Assembly: GCA_905213875.1 (NCBI GenBank)
Contig: CAJMJN010000001.1
Coordinates: 59,940-123,939 of the forward strand
Length of the DNA stretch: 64,000 nt
Origin: an uncultured Clostridium sp.
GTDB taxonomy: Bacteria; Bacillota; Clostridia; TANB77; CAG-508
Direction: 5' to 3'
Made by a program: the position numbers and the translations under genes. The notes under the pieces were generated by a model. The model was given only the letters and a program-made list of their open reading frames with translations, searched no databases and had not been told where the DNA came from. This document shows, piece by piece, positions 19,881-29,912 of this stretch (position 1 is the stretch's first letter; every line of letters starts with the position of its first letter).

Positions 19881-20924
19881 TTAATCTGTATAAGTTTCAG
19901 TTATTTCTATTTTTGACTTACCTTGTTTCATTTTAGGATCTTGTTTTAAAACAAGATTCACATCATATAACTCTTTAAGATTTTTGACATTTTCTTTTTT
20001 ATGTCCAATAACATTATTAGCATCTACTGGATTTACGGTTACTTCTACTTCTTTTACTTTTACATTTAATCTTTTAATTTTTTCAACAATTGCATCATAC
20101 CACATTGCAGATTCCACAAGTTGTCTAAATGCTGGATGATATGGTCCTGCAACTACTTCACTTTTTTCTGAGCCTGGTTCTGAAATTTCGTCTGTTGGTT
20201 GTAATCCAATTCGTATTATATCAATATTTTTATCATGAAATAATCTAACTATTTCTTTGCATACTTCAACTGCTTGTACCACTGTTAATGGTTTATATGT
20301 TCCTTTTTCTAGTTCTTTTTCTAATGGCGTATTTTTTATTACTAAAACTGGATAAATTCTAACCATTTTAGGTTTTAATTTTATTAGTTCTTTTGCTGTG
20401 TTTATTTCGTCTATTGTTGTACTTTCTGGTAATCCTACCATCATTTGTACACCTAGCCTAAATCCATTCCATCTTATTAGTTTTGCAGCTCTTTTTACAT
20501 CTTCAAAAGTATGTCCTCTATTAATTCTTTTTAAGATATAGTTATTTGAAGATTGAACACCTAATTCTATTGTTTTAACTTTGTATTTTTTTAATCTTTT
20601 TAAAATATTTTTGTCGATTGCATCAGGTCTTGTAGAAACTCTTATACTTGATACTTGTCCACTTTTTACAAATTCACTTGCTACTTGTAATAGTCCTTCT
20701 TGTCTTTCTTCCTCTATTGCTGTAAAACTTTCTCCAAAAAAGGCTATTTCTATTTGTGCATTTTCTTTGTCTATGCTTTTTAGGTAATTTTCTATTATTT
20801 CTTTTGCTTTTTCTTTTGTCATATTACTTTTTTGACCACTTATTGATTTTTGATTACAAAATATGCAATCATTTGGACAACCTAAATGTGGTACAAATAT
20901 TGGTATAATATACTGTTTTTTCAT
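19881..20924 (-). CDS. Radical SAM protein (ELP3-like, COG1243 type) cotranscribed with rnc
   Basis: CPNDCIFCNQ CxxxCxxC motif at the N-terminus. Conserved position downstream of rnc in Clostridia. Confidence 0.7.
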   Translation of the reverse strand: MKKQYIIPIFVPHLGCPNDCIFCNQKSISGQKSNMTKEKAKEIIENYLKSIDKENAQIEIAFFGESFTAIEEERQEGLLQVASEFVKSGQVSSIRVSTRPDAIDKNILKRLKKYKVKTIELGVQSSNNYILKRINRGHTFEDVKRAAKLIRWNGFRLGVQMMVGLPESTTIDEINTAKELIKLKPKMVRIYPVLVIKNTPLEKELEKGTYKPLTVVQAVEVCKEIVRLFHDKNIDIIRIGLQPTDEISEPGSEKSEVVAGPYHPAFRQLVESAMWYDAIVEKIKRLNVKVKEVEVTVNPVDANNVIGHKKENVKNLKELYDVNLVLKQDPKMKQGKSKIEITETYTD

Positions 20925-20940
20925 AGATTACCTCTTTCTT

Positions 20941-21621
20941 TTATAAATTTTCCAATGCTTTTTTAGCAGCTTGCATTTGTGCTTCTTTTTTGCTTTTACC
21001 TTCCCCCTTAGCCAAGAACTTTCCATCACATTCAACTTGAGCTTCAAAAGTTTTATCATGGTCTGGCCCTTTTTCATTTGTTATTGTATATTTAATATTA
21101 ACATCACCATTTACTTGAAGTTTTTCTTGTAATACGGTTTTATAATCTTTATCTCCTACGTGTTTTGTAGCTTCTTCAATTGGTTCTTTTAAATTCTCTA
21201 CTATAAATTTTTCTACTGGTTCTATTCCACCATCTTTGTACATTGCAGCAATTACTGCCTCTACACTATCAGCTAATATTGCTGTTCTTTGCCTTTCACC
21301 TGTTTTAATTTCAGATTTCCCTAAATACAAAAAATCACTAAAATTATGCAATTTTGCTACTTGGTACAAGCTTTTTTCACATACTACTGTTGCTCTAACT
21401 TTAGTCATTTCTCCTTCTTTTAGTTTTGGATAATTATTATATATGTATTTACTAGATAAAAATTCTAATATACTATCTCCTAAAAATTCTAGTTTCTCGT
21501 TACTTTCTACTCCATGTTCATATGCATAAGATGTGTGTGTTAATGCTTTTTTTAATAATGATATATTTTTGAATTTATATCCTATTTCTTTTTCTAATAT
21601 TTCTAAATTCATTATTTTCAC
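20941..21621 (-). CDS. rnc: Ribonuclease III
   Basis: RNase III signature ERLEFLGDSILE and a C-terminal dsRNA-binding domain. Confidence 0.9.
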   Translation of the reverse strand: MKIMNLEILEKEIGYKFKNISLLKKALTHTSYAYEHGVESNEKLEFLGDSILEFLSSKYIYNNYPKLKEGEMTKVRATVVCEKSLYQVAKLHNFSDFLYLGKSEIKTGERQRTAILADSVEAVIAAMYKDGGIEPVEKFIVENLKEPIEEATKHVGDKDYKTVLQEKLQVNGDVNIKYTITNEKGPDHDKTFEAQVECDGKFLAKGEGKSKKEAQMQAAKKALENL

Positions 21622-21752
21622 CTTCTTTCACATATTACTATTATATACCATTTTCTGGATTTTGCAAGTAAAAGATACTTTTTTAGCAACAATTTCTAGG
21701 AGTTTTTTGTTGAAATATGTAGACATTAAAAACTTGTTATTATATAATAGAT

Positions 21753-23213
21753 GTGTATAAATTTATAAGGAGAGAGTATAAAGCTATGTTAGATGATAAA
21801 AATTCTTATAATTATCAAGACAGAAACTTATCTGATGTCTTTAAAGAATTGCAAGAAATAAAAAATAATCCTCAAGCTCAACAAGCTTATTCAAAACAAG
21901 CTAGTAAAACAAAAAAAGTTCATTCTAGAACTACTAACATTAATAAGGTTAAGTCTAGTCCTAGTAATTTTATTTCTATGTTAAAATCTAAATCTGAGCA
22001 GAATAGTAGATCAGTTAAAACTAATGATTTAAAATTGTCTCAAATAATTACAGGTTGTGGAATTGTAATTGTCTCAATGGCTATACTTTTCCCAAAAGAT
22101 TTGTCATTTAAAGAAAGTTATGCAAAATCAGATACACAAGTTGCTGCTTCATATGAACTTAATAGACATAGATTAAACATGCAATCTATTATTTCTGAAA
22201 ATGCTGGCATGGATAGAGTTAAAGAACAAGTTGTTGAAGATAGAGATGTAGAATTTGAAACAACTTATAGTGATAATGCATCTTTACCTAAGGGTGAGGA
22301 AGTTGTTAAACAAGAAGGTATCTTAGGAAAAGATAAAGTTACAGCAGTCAAAACTTATGAAAATGGTGAATTTGTAGAAGAAACTATTCTTGCAAAAGAA
22401 AAATTATCAGATCCTACTGCAAAAATAATAGATCGTGGTACATCTGAATTTTTAGCAAAACATAAAGTACATATTGGTGATACAATGTATTTTGTTGAGA
22501 CAAGCAAATTAAAAGATAAAGCTGAAGACTCTGGTTCTGACTTAGCTGAAGTTAAAAAGAGTATAGATGTAAAATTGTTAGAATTACCTAGTGAAACTTG
22601 GGCAAAAGTTTCATTTGATGGAGTTGAAGGTTATATAAAAACTTCTAATCTAACATCTGCTTCAACTACACCTAATATTGTTGATAAAAATAGAGTTCAA
22701 AGAATTTTACTTAAAGTTAATATTGGAATGCAATTAAATAAAACAAGTGACTTAACATTAAGTGATTACAAAAAAATCTTTATAGGTTTATCTAATGATA
22801 AAAATAAGGTTTTTGAAAATAATTACAATGTATTTTACAATATGGAGAAAAAATACAATATTAATGGTATTTTCTTAGCATCAATGGCTATACATGAAAG
22901 TGCTTGGGGAACCTCTCAAATTTCTCAAGATAAAAAGAATTTATTTGGTTATGGTTCTTATGACTCAACGCCTTATGAATCTTCATTTGATTTTACAGAT
23001 TATTCTGAAGGTATAGAAACAGTTGCAAAATCTTTAGTTAAATACTATTTAAATCCATCTGGAACTAAAATTTATGATGGAGAGTTAGCTGCTGGTTGGT
23101 ATTATAATGGACCTACATTAGAGGGTGTAAATACTAGATATGCTAGTGATAGTGATTGGCACAATAAAGTATTTAATTATATGCAAATGTTATATAATAG
23201 ATTAGATTCTTAA
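21753..23213 (+). CDS. Cell-wall hydrolase with G5 and SH3-like domains and a C-terminal glucosaminidase (LytD/FlgJ-type) domain
   Basis: Glucosaminidase motif block GIFLASMAIHESAWGTSQ...NLFGYGSYDS. G5-like segment VVKQEGILGKDKVTAVKTYENGE. Confidence 0.65.
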   Translation: MYKFIRREYKAMLDDKNSYNYQDRNLSDVFKELQEIKNNPQAQQAYSKQASKTKKVHSRTTNINKVKSSPSNFISMLKSKSEQNSRSVKTNDLKLSQIITGCGIVIVSMAILFPKDLSFKESYAKSDTQVAASYELNRHRLNMQSIISENAGMDRVKEQVVEDRDVEFETTYSDNASLPKGEEVVKQEGILGKDKVTAVKTYENGEFVEETILAKEKLSDPTAKIIDRGTSEFLAKHKVHIGDTMYFVETSKLKDKAEDSGSDLAEVKKSIDVKLLELPSETWAKVSFDGVEGYIKTSNLTSASTTPNIVDKNRVQRILLKVNIGMQLNKTSDLTLSDYKKIFIGLSNDKNKVFENNYNVFYNMEKKYNINGIFLASMAIHESAWGTSQISQDKKNLFGYGSYDSTPYESSFDFTDYSEGIETVAKSLVKYYLNPSGTKIYDGELAAGWYYNGPTLEGVNTRYASDSDWHNKVFNYMQMLYNRLDS

Positions 23214-23235
23214 ATGTAAAGGAAATGATTAACAT

Positions 23236-24072
23236 ATGAAAAATTTTAATTTTAAGATAAAAAATGTAAAACTTGCATTTGCCATATTAATAATTATAGC
23301 TATAGTTTTGTTATTATTTTATTATATATTTATATTTTCTTCATTGGCTTCTAAGCATAATTTTACTAACCAAATGATAGAAATAGCTGATGAGAATGAA
23401 AAAGCTGTTTTTGGCATTCAAAAAATATTTTTTTACAGTAGTGCCAATGCAGTCGATAATTCAGATAATCAATCATTAAGCAATATGTCTATTTCACAAT
23501 TTTCTGATTTATCTATATATATTGATAATAGCTTATCTTCTAGTGATTTAACAGATGAAAATACTATAAAGGAGTTGTATATTGATAATATTTCAATATC
23601 AACAAATTCTCAAACTGGAACAAAAATCCTTAATTACAAAAATCCTTTAAATTCTGGTAAATATCAAGAAGTTGAGCAAGCCGAAAATAATAGAATTGAT
23701 TTTAACATTATAAATACAAATAAAGAAAATGAAAGTAATGATTATGATAAACCAACATTTTACTCAGACTGTTCAAATCCTATTTCTTTAGGATATTTAT
23801 ATAAAGATTTATTAACAAATTATTCTGTTTCAGATAATTCTAAAACTATTTCATTTAATGGAAAAGTTTTAAAAGAAGCAAATATTTCTTTAGAAGATAT
23901 TACACCAACATTAAATTTCACAATACATATTGTTAATAATTCTGGCGAGAAATTTGCTTATAACATGAATCTTACTGTTGATTTAAATGGTATTTATGAT
24001 GGTTATTCATATAAAGGAAAAACTACATCAGGTACAGAATATCAATTTTTTAAAGAAATTAATAATTTATAA
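23236..24072 (+). CDS. Hypothetical membrane-anchored protein with an N-terminal transmembrane helix
   Basis: ATG preceded by a ribosome-binding site. N-terminal transmembrane helix followed by an Asn/Ser-rich ectodomain. Confidence 0.4.
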   Translation: MKNFNFKIKNVKLAFAILIIIAIVLLLFYYIFIFSSLASKHNFTNQMIEIADENEKAVFGIQKIFFYSSANAVDNSDNQSLSNMSISQFSDLSIYIDNSLSSSDLTDENTIKELYIDNISISTNSQTGTKILNYKNPLNSGKYQEVEQAENNRIDFNIINTNKENESNDYDKPTFYSDCSNPISLGYLYKDLLTNYSVSDNSKTISFNGKVLKEANISLEDITPTLNFTIHIVNNSGEKFAYNMNLTVDLNGIYDGYSYKGKTTSGTEYQFFKEINNL

Positions 24073-24082
24073 ACTTTTAATT

Positions 24083-24137
24083 AGTTTAATACATTTTTTA
24101 TTCGTAACTCCCAGCTGCATAAAAAATATATTAAACT
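24083..24137. repeat. Short relative of the 6663-6775 palindromic element, lacking the inner stem
   Basis: TTTTTTATTCGTAACTCCCAGCTGCATAAAAAATATATTAAAC aligns to both arms of the longer copy at about 75% identity. Confidence 0.35.
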
Positions 24138-24208
24138 AGAAAAAATATCTAATAATTAATAAAAACCGGAAGAAATATAAAATATTTCCTCTGGTTTTAT
24201 TGTTTCTA

Positions 24209-26248
24209 TTAAGAATTGCTACTTTCGGTTTTGTTTTCCTTTTTTTGTTTGATATATTCAATACCTACTACAATTGCTACAAATACTATTAAAATTCCTA
24301 TTAGTACTCCTGCATTTTGCCATACCATTCCACTGTCTGTTTTAATTATTGCTTCTTTTATTAATCTAATACTATAATTCATTGGCATAAATGCATATAT
24401 GTTTTGGAAGAATTTTGGCACTGTTTCTATTGGGAATGTTCCTCCACTTGCCGCTAATTGTAATACCAATAATAAGATACATAAGAATTTTCCTACATCT
24501 GCAAGATTTTCTATCAAGAATAATATTATACTTGTAAATGTCATTGATATTAGCATACATGTTCCATAATATAAAGCCATATTAGTTACACTATAACCTA
24601 GTCCTAATTTTAATATAAATCCTAATACTACACCTTGTGCTGCCGCGATTACCATATACATTGCTGTACGTAAGTATGGATTTTTTGCATTTTTACTCAT
24701 TATTTTAAATCTGTTTTCTGGGTCATTATATAACATTACTAATGCTATTAATCCACCAACCCATAATGATATAGACATAAAGTATGGCGCAAATCCTAAT
24801 CCATATGATGTTATCTTACCATAGTCTGATTCTTCTACTTTTACAGGTTCTTTTACATATGTATCTAAACCATCTAATTTGCTTAGTTCTGATTTTGTAT
24901 CTGCAATTCCATTATTAATTTCATTTTCAAATGTTTTTGTTCCTTCTAATAATGTATTACTTCCTTCATATGCTTGGTTTGCTCCGCTATTTACTTGATT
25001 AATTCCATCTTTTACTTGTTTAGAACTTGTGCTTAATGTAGTTAATCCATCTTGTAATGAAGTGCTTCCTTCTTTAGCTGTTGCTAAACCTTGTTTTAAT
25101 TCTAGCATTCCTGTATTTAAGCTTTGTATTCCTGATGATAATTCACTTAATTTTGATGTTTGGCTAGATAAAGTTTTTATACTAGTATTTAATTTGCTAG
25201 CTCCTGCTTTTAATTCGCTACCTTTTGTTTCTAATGTTTGTAATCCTGATAAATCAACTGATGATGAACTCATACTTTTTAATGTTGCCATTGCTTGTTG
25301 AAAATTTGCATCATTCATTGCTTCTGGATGTTGTGCTAAATATGCTTGTAAACTTGTTCCTAATGTTGTGGCTTGTGTTTTTGTTGTAGCAACTGAACTT
25401 TTTACTTTTGAAACTGCTCCACTTACACCATCTACATATGCTGATACACTTGAATTTAATGTATTTGCTCCACTTGCAAGGGCTTCTACTCCGCTACCTA
25501 ATTTCGAAAAATCTTTTGTACTTTCAGCTAATTTGCTTGTTCCTGCATATAATGTATCTGCTCCACTTTGTAATTTTGCAAGTCCACTATTTAGGTCTGT
25601 ACTTCCTTTTGATGCACTATCGACACCTTTGTCAAATGTTTGATAACTTGTAGCTAATGTATTTGTTCCATCTTTTAGAGTTCCCAATCCACTATTTAAT
25701 TCTGATGTACCTGATGCTAATTGTGTTGCACCATCTGCTATTTCTTGCATTTTATCTGGTACACTTCTTAATTCATCAGCTAATGTAGTAACTACTTTTT
25801 GAACTACTTGACCTTTTACTTCTTTTTCCACTGAATTTACTACTTGATTTATCATTTGTGATGCTAAGTAGTTATTTTTTTGGTTTGGTGAATATGTTAT
25901 TGTTGCCATTTGCCTATCACTATTTGCTGCATTATTTAATGTTTTAGTAAAATCTTTTGGAATAGTAATTGTTGCATAATAATCTTGATTTACTAATCCT
26001 TTTTGAGCTTCATCTGAATTTTTTAATTCTTTTATTGTCATAACATCTTTATCTTCTAGAGTTTTTACTAATTCATTCCCAATGTTGTCATTTCCATCAC
26101 CTTCATCTAAATTGACAATCGCAATTTTCATGTCTTTTAAGTTACCATATGGATCCCAGAATGCTTTTAAATAGAAAAAGCTATACATTACTGGAATAAT
26201 TATTATAGCTATTATGATAACCCATTTCATAATTTTTTTCTTATCCAT
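24209..26248 (-). CDS. YhgE/Pip domain membrane protein (phage-infection-protein family)
   Basis: N-terminal transmembrane helix, a long heptad region (LASGTSELNSGLGTLKDGTNTL...) and a C-terminal six-helix membrane domain. 679 aa. Confidence 0.75.
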   Translation of the reverse strand: MDKKKIMKWVIIIAIIIIPVMYSFFYLKAFWDPYGNLKDMKIAIVNLDEGDGNDNIGNELVKTLEDKDVMTIKELKNSDEAQKGLVNQDYYATITIPKDFTKTLNNAANSDRQMATITYSPNQKNNYLASQMINQVVNSVEKEVKGQVVQKVVTTLADELRSVPDKMQEIADGATQLASGTSELNSGLGTLKDGTNTLATSYQTFDKGVDSASKGSTDLNSGLAKLQSGADTLYAGTSKLAESTKDFSKLGSGVEALASGANTLNSSVSAYVDGVSGAVSKVKSSVATTKTQATTLGTSLQAYLAQHPEAMNDANFQQAMATLKSMSSSSVDLSGLQTLETKGSELKAGASKLNTSIKTLSSQTSKLSELSSGIQSLNTGMLELKQGLATAKEGSTSLQDGLTTLSTSSKQVKDGINQVNSGANQAYEGSNTLLEGTKTFENEINNGIADTKSELSKLDGLDTYVKEPVKVEESDYGKITSYGLGFAPYFMSISLWVGGLIALVMLYNDPENRFKIMSKNAKNPYLRTAMYMVIAAAQGVVLGFILKLGLGYSVTNMALYYGTCMLISMTFTSIILFLIENLADVGKFLCILLLVLQLAASGGTFPIETVPKFFQNIYAFMPMNYSIRLIKEAIIKTDSGMVWQNAGVLIGILIVFVAIVVGIEYIKQKKENKTESSNS

Positions 26249-26497
26249 TTTTACACTCCTTCTTTCTTTTTATATTAAAACAAAATAAATAGGCTTTTTA
26301 TTAAAAACCTTTTCGTCATACTTCTCTCTATTTATTATTATAAATTGATTTTAGGATTTTGCAACTACACTTTAATCTCTTTTGTTAGTTTTTCTACATT
26401 TTAACTATATTGTATATACATTTGTATATTATCTTTACAAGTGTATAAAAACGAGTTATAATCTTTTTTGAAAAATAAATTAAAAGAGGTAGTATAG

Positions 26498-27061
26498 ATG
26501 AAAGATTTAAGAGTACAAAGAACATACATTTTATTAAAAGAGGCTTTTTTTAAATTACTAGCTAAAAAGCCTTTCGAAGAAATCAAAGTTAATGACATAT
26601 GTAATCTTGCTATGATACATAGAACAACTTTTTATCATCATTTTCAAGATAAATATGATTTACTAGAATTTTGCATTCAAGATGTTGAACAAGAATTAGT
26701 AACTAATATAACTAAAAAAAGTTATCAAAATATTCAAGAATTTTATTCTAATTTAGTAACTAGTTTATTAGAGTATATAGCTGATAAAAAAGATGTTTTT
26801 GTTAATATTTTAAAACATAATTCTAAAAGTTCTTTAACTGAAGTATTTTTAAATACTTGTGTTAATTACATATCTTCTAGGTTAAAAAAGGAATATCAAC
26901 AAGGGATTTATCCTATTGCAGATATAGATGTTATATCTCATTTTTATTCAGGGGCTGTTCTTTCAACCATTGTATGGTGGCTTGAGTCTAATAGTTCTAT
27001 GTCTGAAGCTGAACTTTGTGATATGATTATTAATTTAATTTTTAAAGTTCCTAAGAAATGA
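26498..27061 (+). CDS. TetR/AcrR family transcriptional regulator, divergent from the YhgE/Pip gene
   Basis: TetR helix-turn-helix EAFFKLLAKKPFEEIKVNDICNLAMIHRTTFYHHF. Confidence 0.8.
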   Translation: MKDLRVQRTYILLKEAFFKLLAKKPFEEIKVNDICNLAMIHRTTFYHHFQDKYDLLEFCIQDVEQELVTNITKKSYQNIQEFYSNLVTSLLEYIADKKDVFVNILKHNSKSSLTEVFLNTCVNYISSRLKKEYQQGIYPIADIDVISHFYSGAVLSTIVWWLESNSSMSEAELCDMIINLIFKVPKK

Positions 27062-27065
27062 AAAA

Positions 27066-27104
27066 AACGATAAAATGCTAATTTTTAACATTTTATCGTT
27101 TTTT
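27066..27104 (+). terminator. Rho-independent terminator of the tetR gene
   Basis: AAACGATAAAATG-N11-CATTTTATCGTTT followed by TTTTT. Confidence 0.55.
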
Positions 27105-27117
27105 ATTGGAGGCGACA
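27103..27117. repeat. 15-bp direct repeat TTATTGGAGGCGACA, distal copy; candidate attachment-site remnant
   Basis: Identical 15-mer at 30123-30137, where it covers the 3' end (CCA end plus 4 nt) of tRNA-Cys. Confidence 0.5.
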
Positions 27118-27244
27118 GTCAGGTTGAGTGTATCCTGTATTCCTCTTGTATTCTGTACTTTTGTGTTGAAAAAACCTTATTTTAACACATTTTTAACCCA
27201 ATAATTATTTTATATAACATATTGTAACACACTCTAAAAATTCA

Positions 27245-27274
27245 TTGACAAATAATTTAATTAGGGTGTATAAT
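27245..27274 (+). promoter_or_regulatory. Near-consensus sigma-A promoter, TTGACA-18-TATAAT
   Basis: TTGACA at 27245-27250 and TATAAT at 27269-27274. Confidence 0.5.
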
Positions 27275-27281
27275 ATAGATA

Positions 27282-27367
27282 GAAAATGAGAACACAAATA
27301 ATGTGTGTTACCTAAAAAGTTAAGTATACACCGCTAGCTCTGTGAAAGCGTATGTGGTGTATTTTTT
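27282..27367 (+). ncRNA. Candidate small RNA of about 85 nt driven by the consensus promoter. Two hairpins and an intrinsic terminator. Antisense to the 3' end of the convergent small-peptide transcript.
   Basis: AACACA-aataa-TGTGTT hairpin, then GTATACACC...GGTGTAT and a U-run. No open reading frame. Confidence 0.4.
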
Positions 27368-27473
27368 ATTGTTGCTTATTTGATAGTATTATGTATATAA
27401 CACTTAATAAGGCAACGTTTATAGTTATTGAAATCATAAATCCTATTATTAAGAACATTAAAAAATCTAACAT
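27366..27473 (-). CDS. 35-aa hydrophobic peptide MLDFLMFLIIGFMISITINVALLSVIYIILSNKQQ; candidate type I toxin
   Basis: Strong Shine-Dalgarno GGAGGTGGTG 5 nt before the ATG. One transmembrane helix and a polar tail. Convergent and overlapping with the small RNA. Absent from the ORF track because it is shorter than 60 aa. Confidence 0.4.
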   Translation of the reverse strand: MLDFLMFLIIGFMISITINVALLSVIYIILSNKQQ

Positions 27474-27841
27474 ATAAACACCACCTCCAATCTCTCAACT
27501 ATTGTTGAGGAATTAAAGGTAACACCCACATCTGCTTTTATCTCATTTCCTATGTAAATTATATTACAACATTTTTCTATAAAAAACAAGCGAACATTAC
27601 AAACTTTTGCAAATTATTAATGCCTATCATTGTATCATATAAAATGTAATATTCATTAAGTAGTCTTAATATACTTCCCAAAATTCTTAAATATAGTTCC
27701 AAAATCATTTTATTTAGAAATACAACAAATTATACATCTATATACTAAAATTGAAAATAAGTTCTTTAAAAGATTTAATAATAATTATATATATTATAGT
27801 TTTTACTGTATATTCATTAATATATATTTTGAGATTATATT

Positions 27842-29044
27842 TTAAAATGGCAAATCTGCAAAGTCGGTATTATATTTTTCTAATCTTCCTTGTAAATTTT
27901 GTTTTATTATTTCTCGTTGTTTATAGTTACAATTATTTAACCAATCAATACTTTGTAATATTAAAGAAGTTGGAATAGTATAAATGTCATAACATTCGCC
28001 ATCATATTGATTCCATCCAGTTGAGCTTTCGTTTACCTTTACCACTTTCCCAAAAAAGCATTCAGCAAAGTCCTTATTATTTAGTACTTTATCTTCTAGA
28101 CAATATTTTACTGAAATAGCTTCTAATTTTTGAATAATTACATTTATTTCATTGACGTTTGTACCATATTCAACGCTTTCAATTGTTTCATCTAATTTTT
28201 CAACAATTTCTTTATAAATATCCTTTTCATCTTGACTAAAAATAGCCTTATTCCTAAGTTCTTTTTCAGACATTTTGTTTTGTACTTCAGCAAATGAATT
28301 TATTCTATTTGAAACATTATATTCTATCATTTCATTAAGTACGGAGAAATATCTAAAGTTTTTTATATTATTTTCTTCAATTATTTGTTTAATTAATTGA
28401 CCTACAAAATAGATTTCAGTTTTATTATTATAAATTGGTTCATTATCATCTCTAGTATTCATTTCACTTGGTAGATTTGCAATCCAATTATTTTTATATA
28501 AAGTTAATGGGCTTACATTATTATCTGTAGAATATCTTTTTCCAAATCCAAAATCAATTATTTTCACAATACCATTTGAATTAATAAGAATATTATTGCT
28601 TCTTATATCACGATGGCACAGTTTATGTTGTTCCAAATAACAAAATCCACTTATTATTTGTTCAAAAATATTATTAAGTGTTTCCGTATTATTTCCTATA
28701 TATTCATTTAAACTTTTAGCATTTTCAACATATTCCATAATTATATAGCCTACTTGTTCATTTGGATATATATAATTATTATATATTCTTACAATATTCG
28801 GATGAACAATTTTATTTAAAATTTTTACTTCAGAAATAAATTTATCAAAATATCGTTTTTTTTCGTTAGTATCGGTTATAGTTATACTAGGTTCATACTT
28901 CTTACAGGCATATAATTCATCAATAATTTCATCTTTAATTAAAACTGTTCTTGAAAAAGAACCTGCCCCTAGATTTTGAATAAATTTATAGTCTTTAGCT
29001 CTTATAAACGGTATTATATCCCCAGATTTTAATTCTTTTTTCAT
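27842..29044 (-). CDS. Eukaryotic-like Ser/Thr protein kinase with an uncharacterized C-terminal domain of about 190 aa
   Basis: Glycine loop LGAGSFSRT, lysine in YACKKY, catalytic loop HRDIRSNNILI, and DFG. The C-terminal half has no recognisable motifs. Confidence 0.75.
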   Translation of the reverse strand: MKKELKSGDIIPFIRAKDYKFIQNLGAGSFSRTVLIKDEIIDELYACKKYEPSITITDTNEKKRYFDKFISEVKILNKIVHPNIVRIYNNYIYPNEQVGYIIMEYVENAKSLNEYIGNNTETLNNIFEQIISGFCYLEQHKLCHRDIRSNNILINSNGIVKIIDFGFGKRYSTDNNVSPLTLYKNNWIANLPSEMNTRDDNEPIYNNKTEIYFVGQLIKQIIEENNIKNFRYFSVLNEMIEYNVSNRINSFAEVQNKMSEKELRNKAIFSQDEKDIYKEIVEKLDETIESVEYGTNVNEINVIIQKLEAISVKYCLEDKVLNNKDFAECFFGKVVKVNESSTGWNQYDGECYDIYTIPTSLILQSIDWLNNCNYKQREIIKQNLQGRLEKYNTDFADLPF

Positions 29045-29256
29045 ATTTTTCCCCCTATTTTATTTATATATCATAGATATTTCTTTTTTTCAATATACTA
29101 CATATATAAGTCATGTATAATTTATGATATGATCACGGGAGTTTGACAGTTTTAAATTCAAAAAATCATTAAAAGCATTGAAATGTGTTACAAAATATGA
29201 TATATTATTTTGGTAGATAATAAAACTGACAATACGTAAAAAATAGGAGGAAAATT

Positions 29257-29779
29257 ATGGTTAAGTGTAAAACTAAAATTACTCAAAATGAATTAGATGC
29301 TTTAATAGAAATCCAATTATTAAGTAAAAAGAATAAAGAGAAAAGAAAGCTAGGTAGAATTGTATTTGTTGTATCAGCTATTCTGACGTTTTTGCTAGCG
29401 ACCAAAAGTTATTTTCATTATAATTTCGTAAGAGCAGTGATTTTTGGTGTTTTTTGTATATTCTCTGTATTTATGGCGACAGTTGGGGCAACATTAAAAC
29501 AAAAATTTATTTTAAAGAAAATGCAGAATAAAGCAGATGCAAAAATGAAATCGGGAGTAAGAGAATATGAATTCAGCGAAAAACGGAGTTACTATCGATT
29601 CTGAAACTGGACATACTAAAAGCAACTGGAATGCCTTTAAGTTATGGGGAATATATAAAAATTATATTTATGTGAGAAGAATTGATGATGGTATGATTCT
29701 TATAAATAAAAACGATTTATCAAATAGCGCGGCAGATGAATTAGAGGCTTTGCTGAATACAAATGTAAAAGAAGATTAA
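29257..29779 (+). pseudogene. YcxB-like protein (two transmembrane helices + bPH/PH-like domain) interrupted by a -1 frameshift at an A5 run, 29590-29594
   Basis: ORF 29257-29604 and ORF 29567-29779 overlap. Adding one A restores ...EYEFSEKNGVTIDSETGH..., which reads YcxB-like as one protein (KLWGIYKNYIYVRRIDDGMILINKNDL). Confidence 0.55.
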
Positions 29780-29883
29780 AAGAGGCCAATTATTGCTTAA
29801 AAATAAAATTTAATTGTACTAGAAATAGAATATTTATAGAATTAATATGAAGGATATTAAAAAAATAATTTGAATTTATGAGG

Positions 29884-29912
29884 TATTGAAATAATCAATA
29901 CCCCTTTTTTAT
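29884..29912 (+). terminator. Rho-independent terminator
   Basis: GGTATTGA-aataa-TCAATACC followed by CCTTTTTT. Confidence 0.6.

Noticed and set aside
26400-26440. TGTATATACA palindrome as the operator for the second TetR
   Set aside because: Only one 10-bp AT-only palindrome in very AT-rich promoter DNA. This is too weak to distinguish from chance.
27315-27535. GTGTTACCT repeat shared by the small RNA and the peptide mRNA 5' UTR as a base-pairing site
   Set aside because: The two copies are an inverted repeat in DNA. That makes them the same sense in the two convergent transcripts, so they are not complementary. The antisense interaction is instead expected through the overlapping 3' ends.
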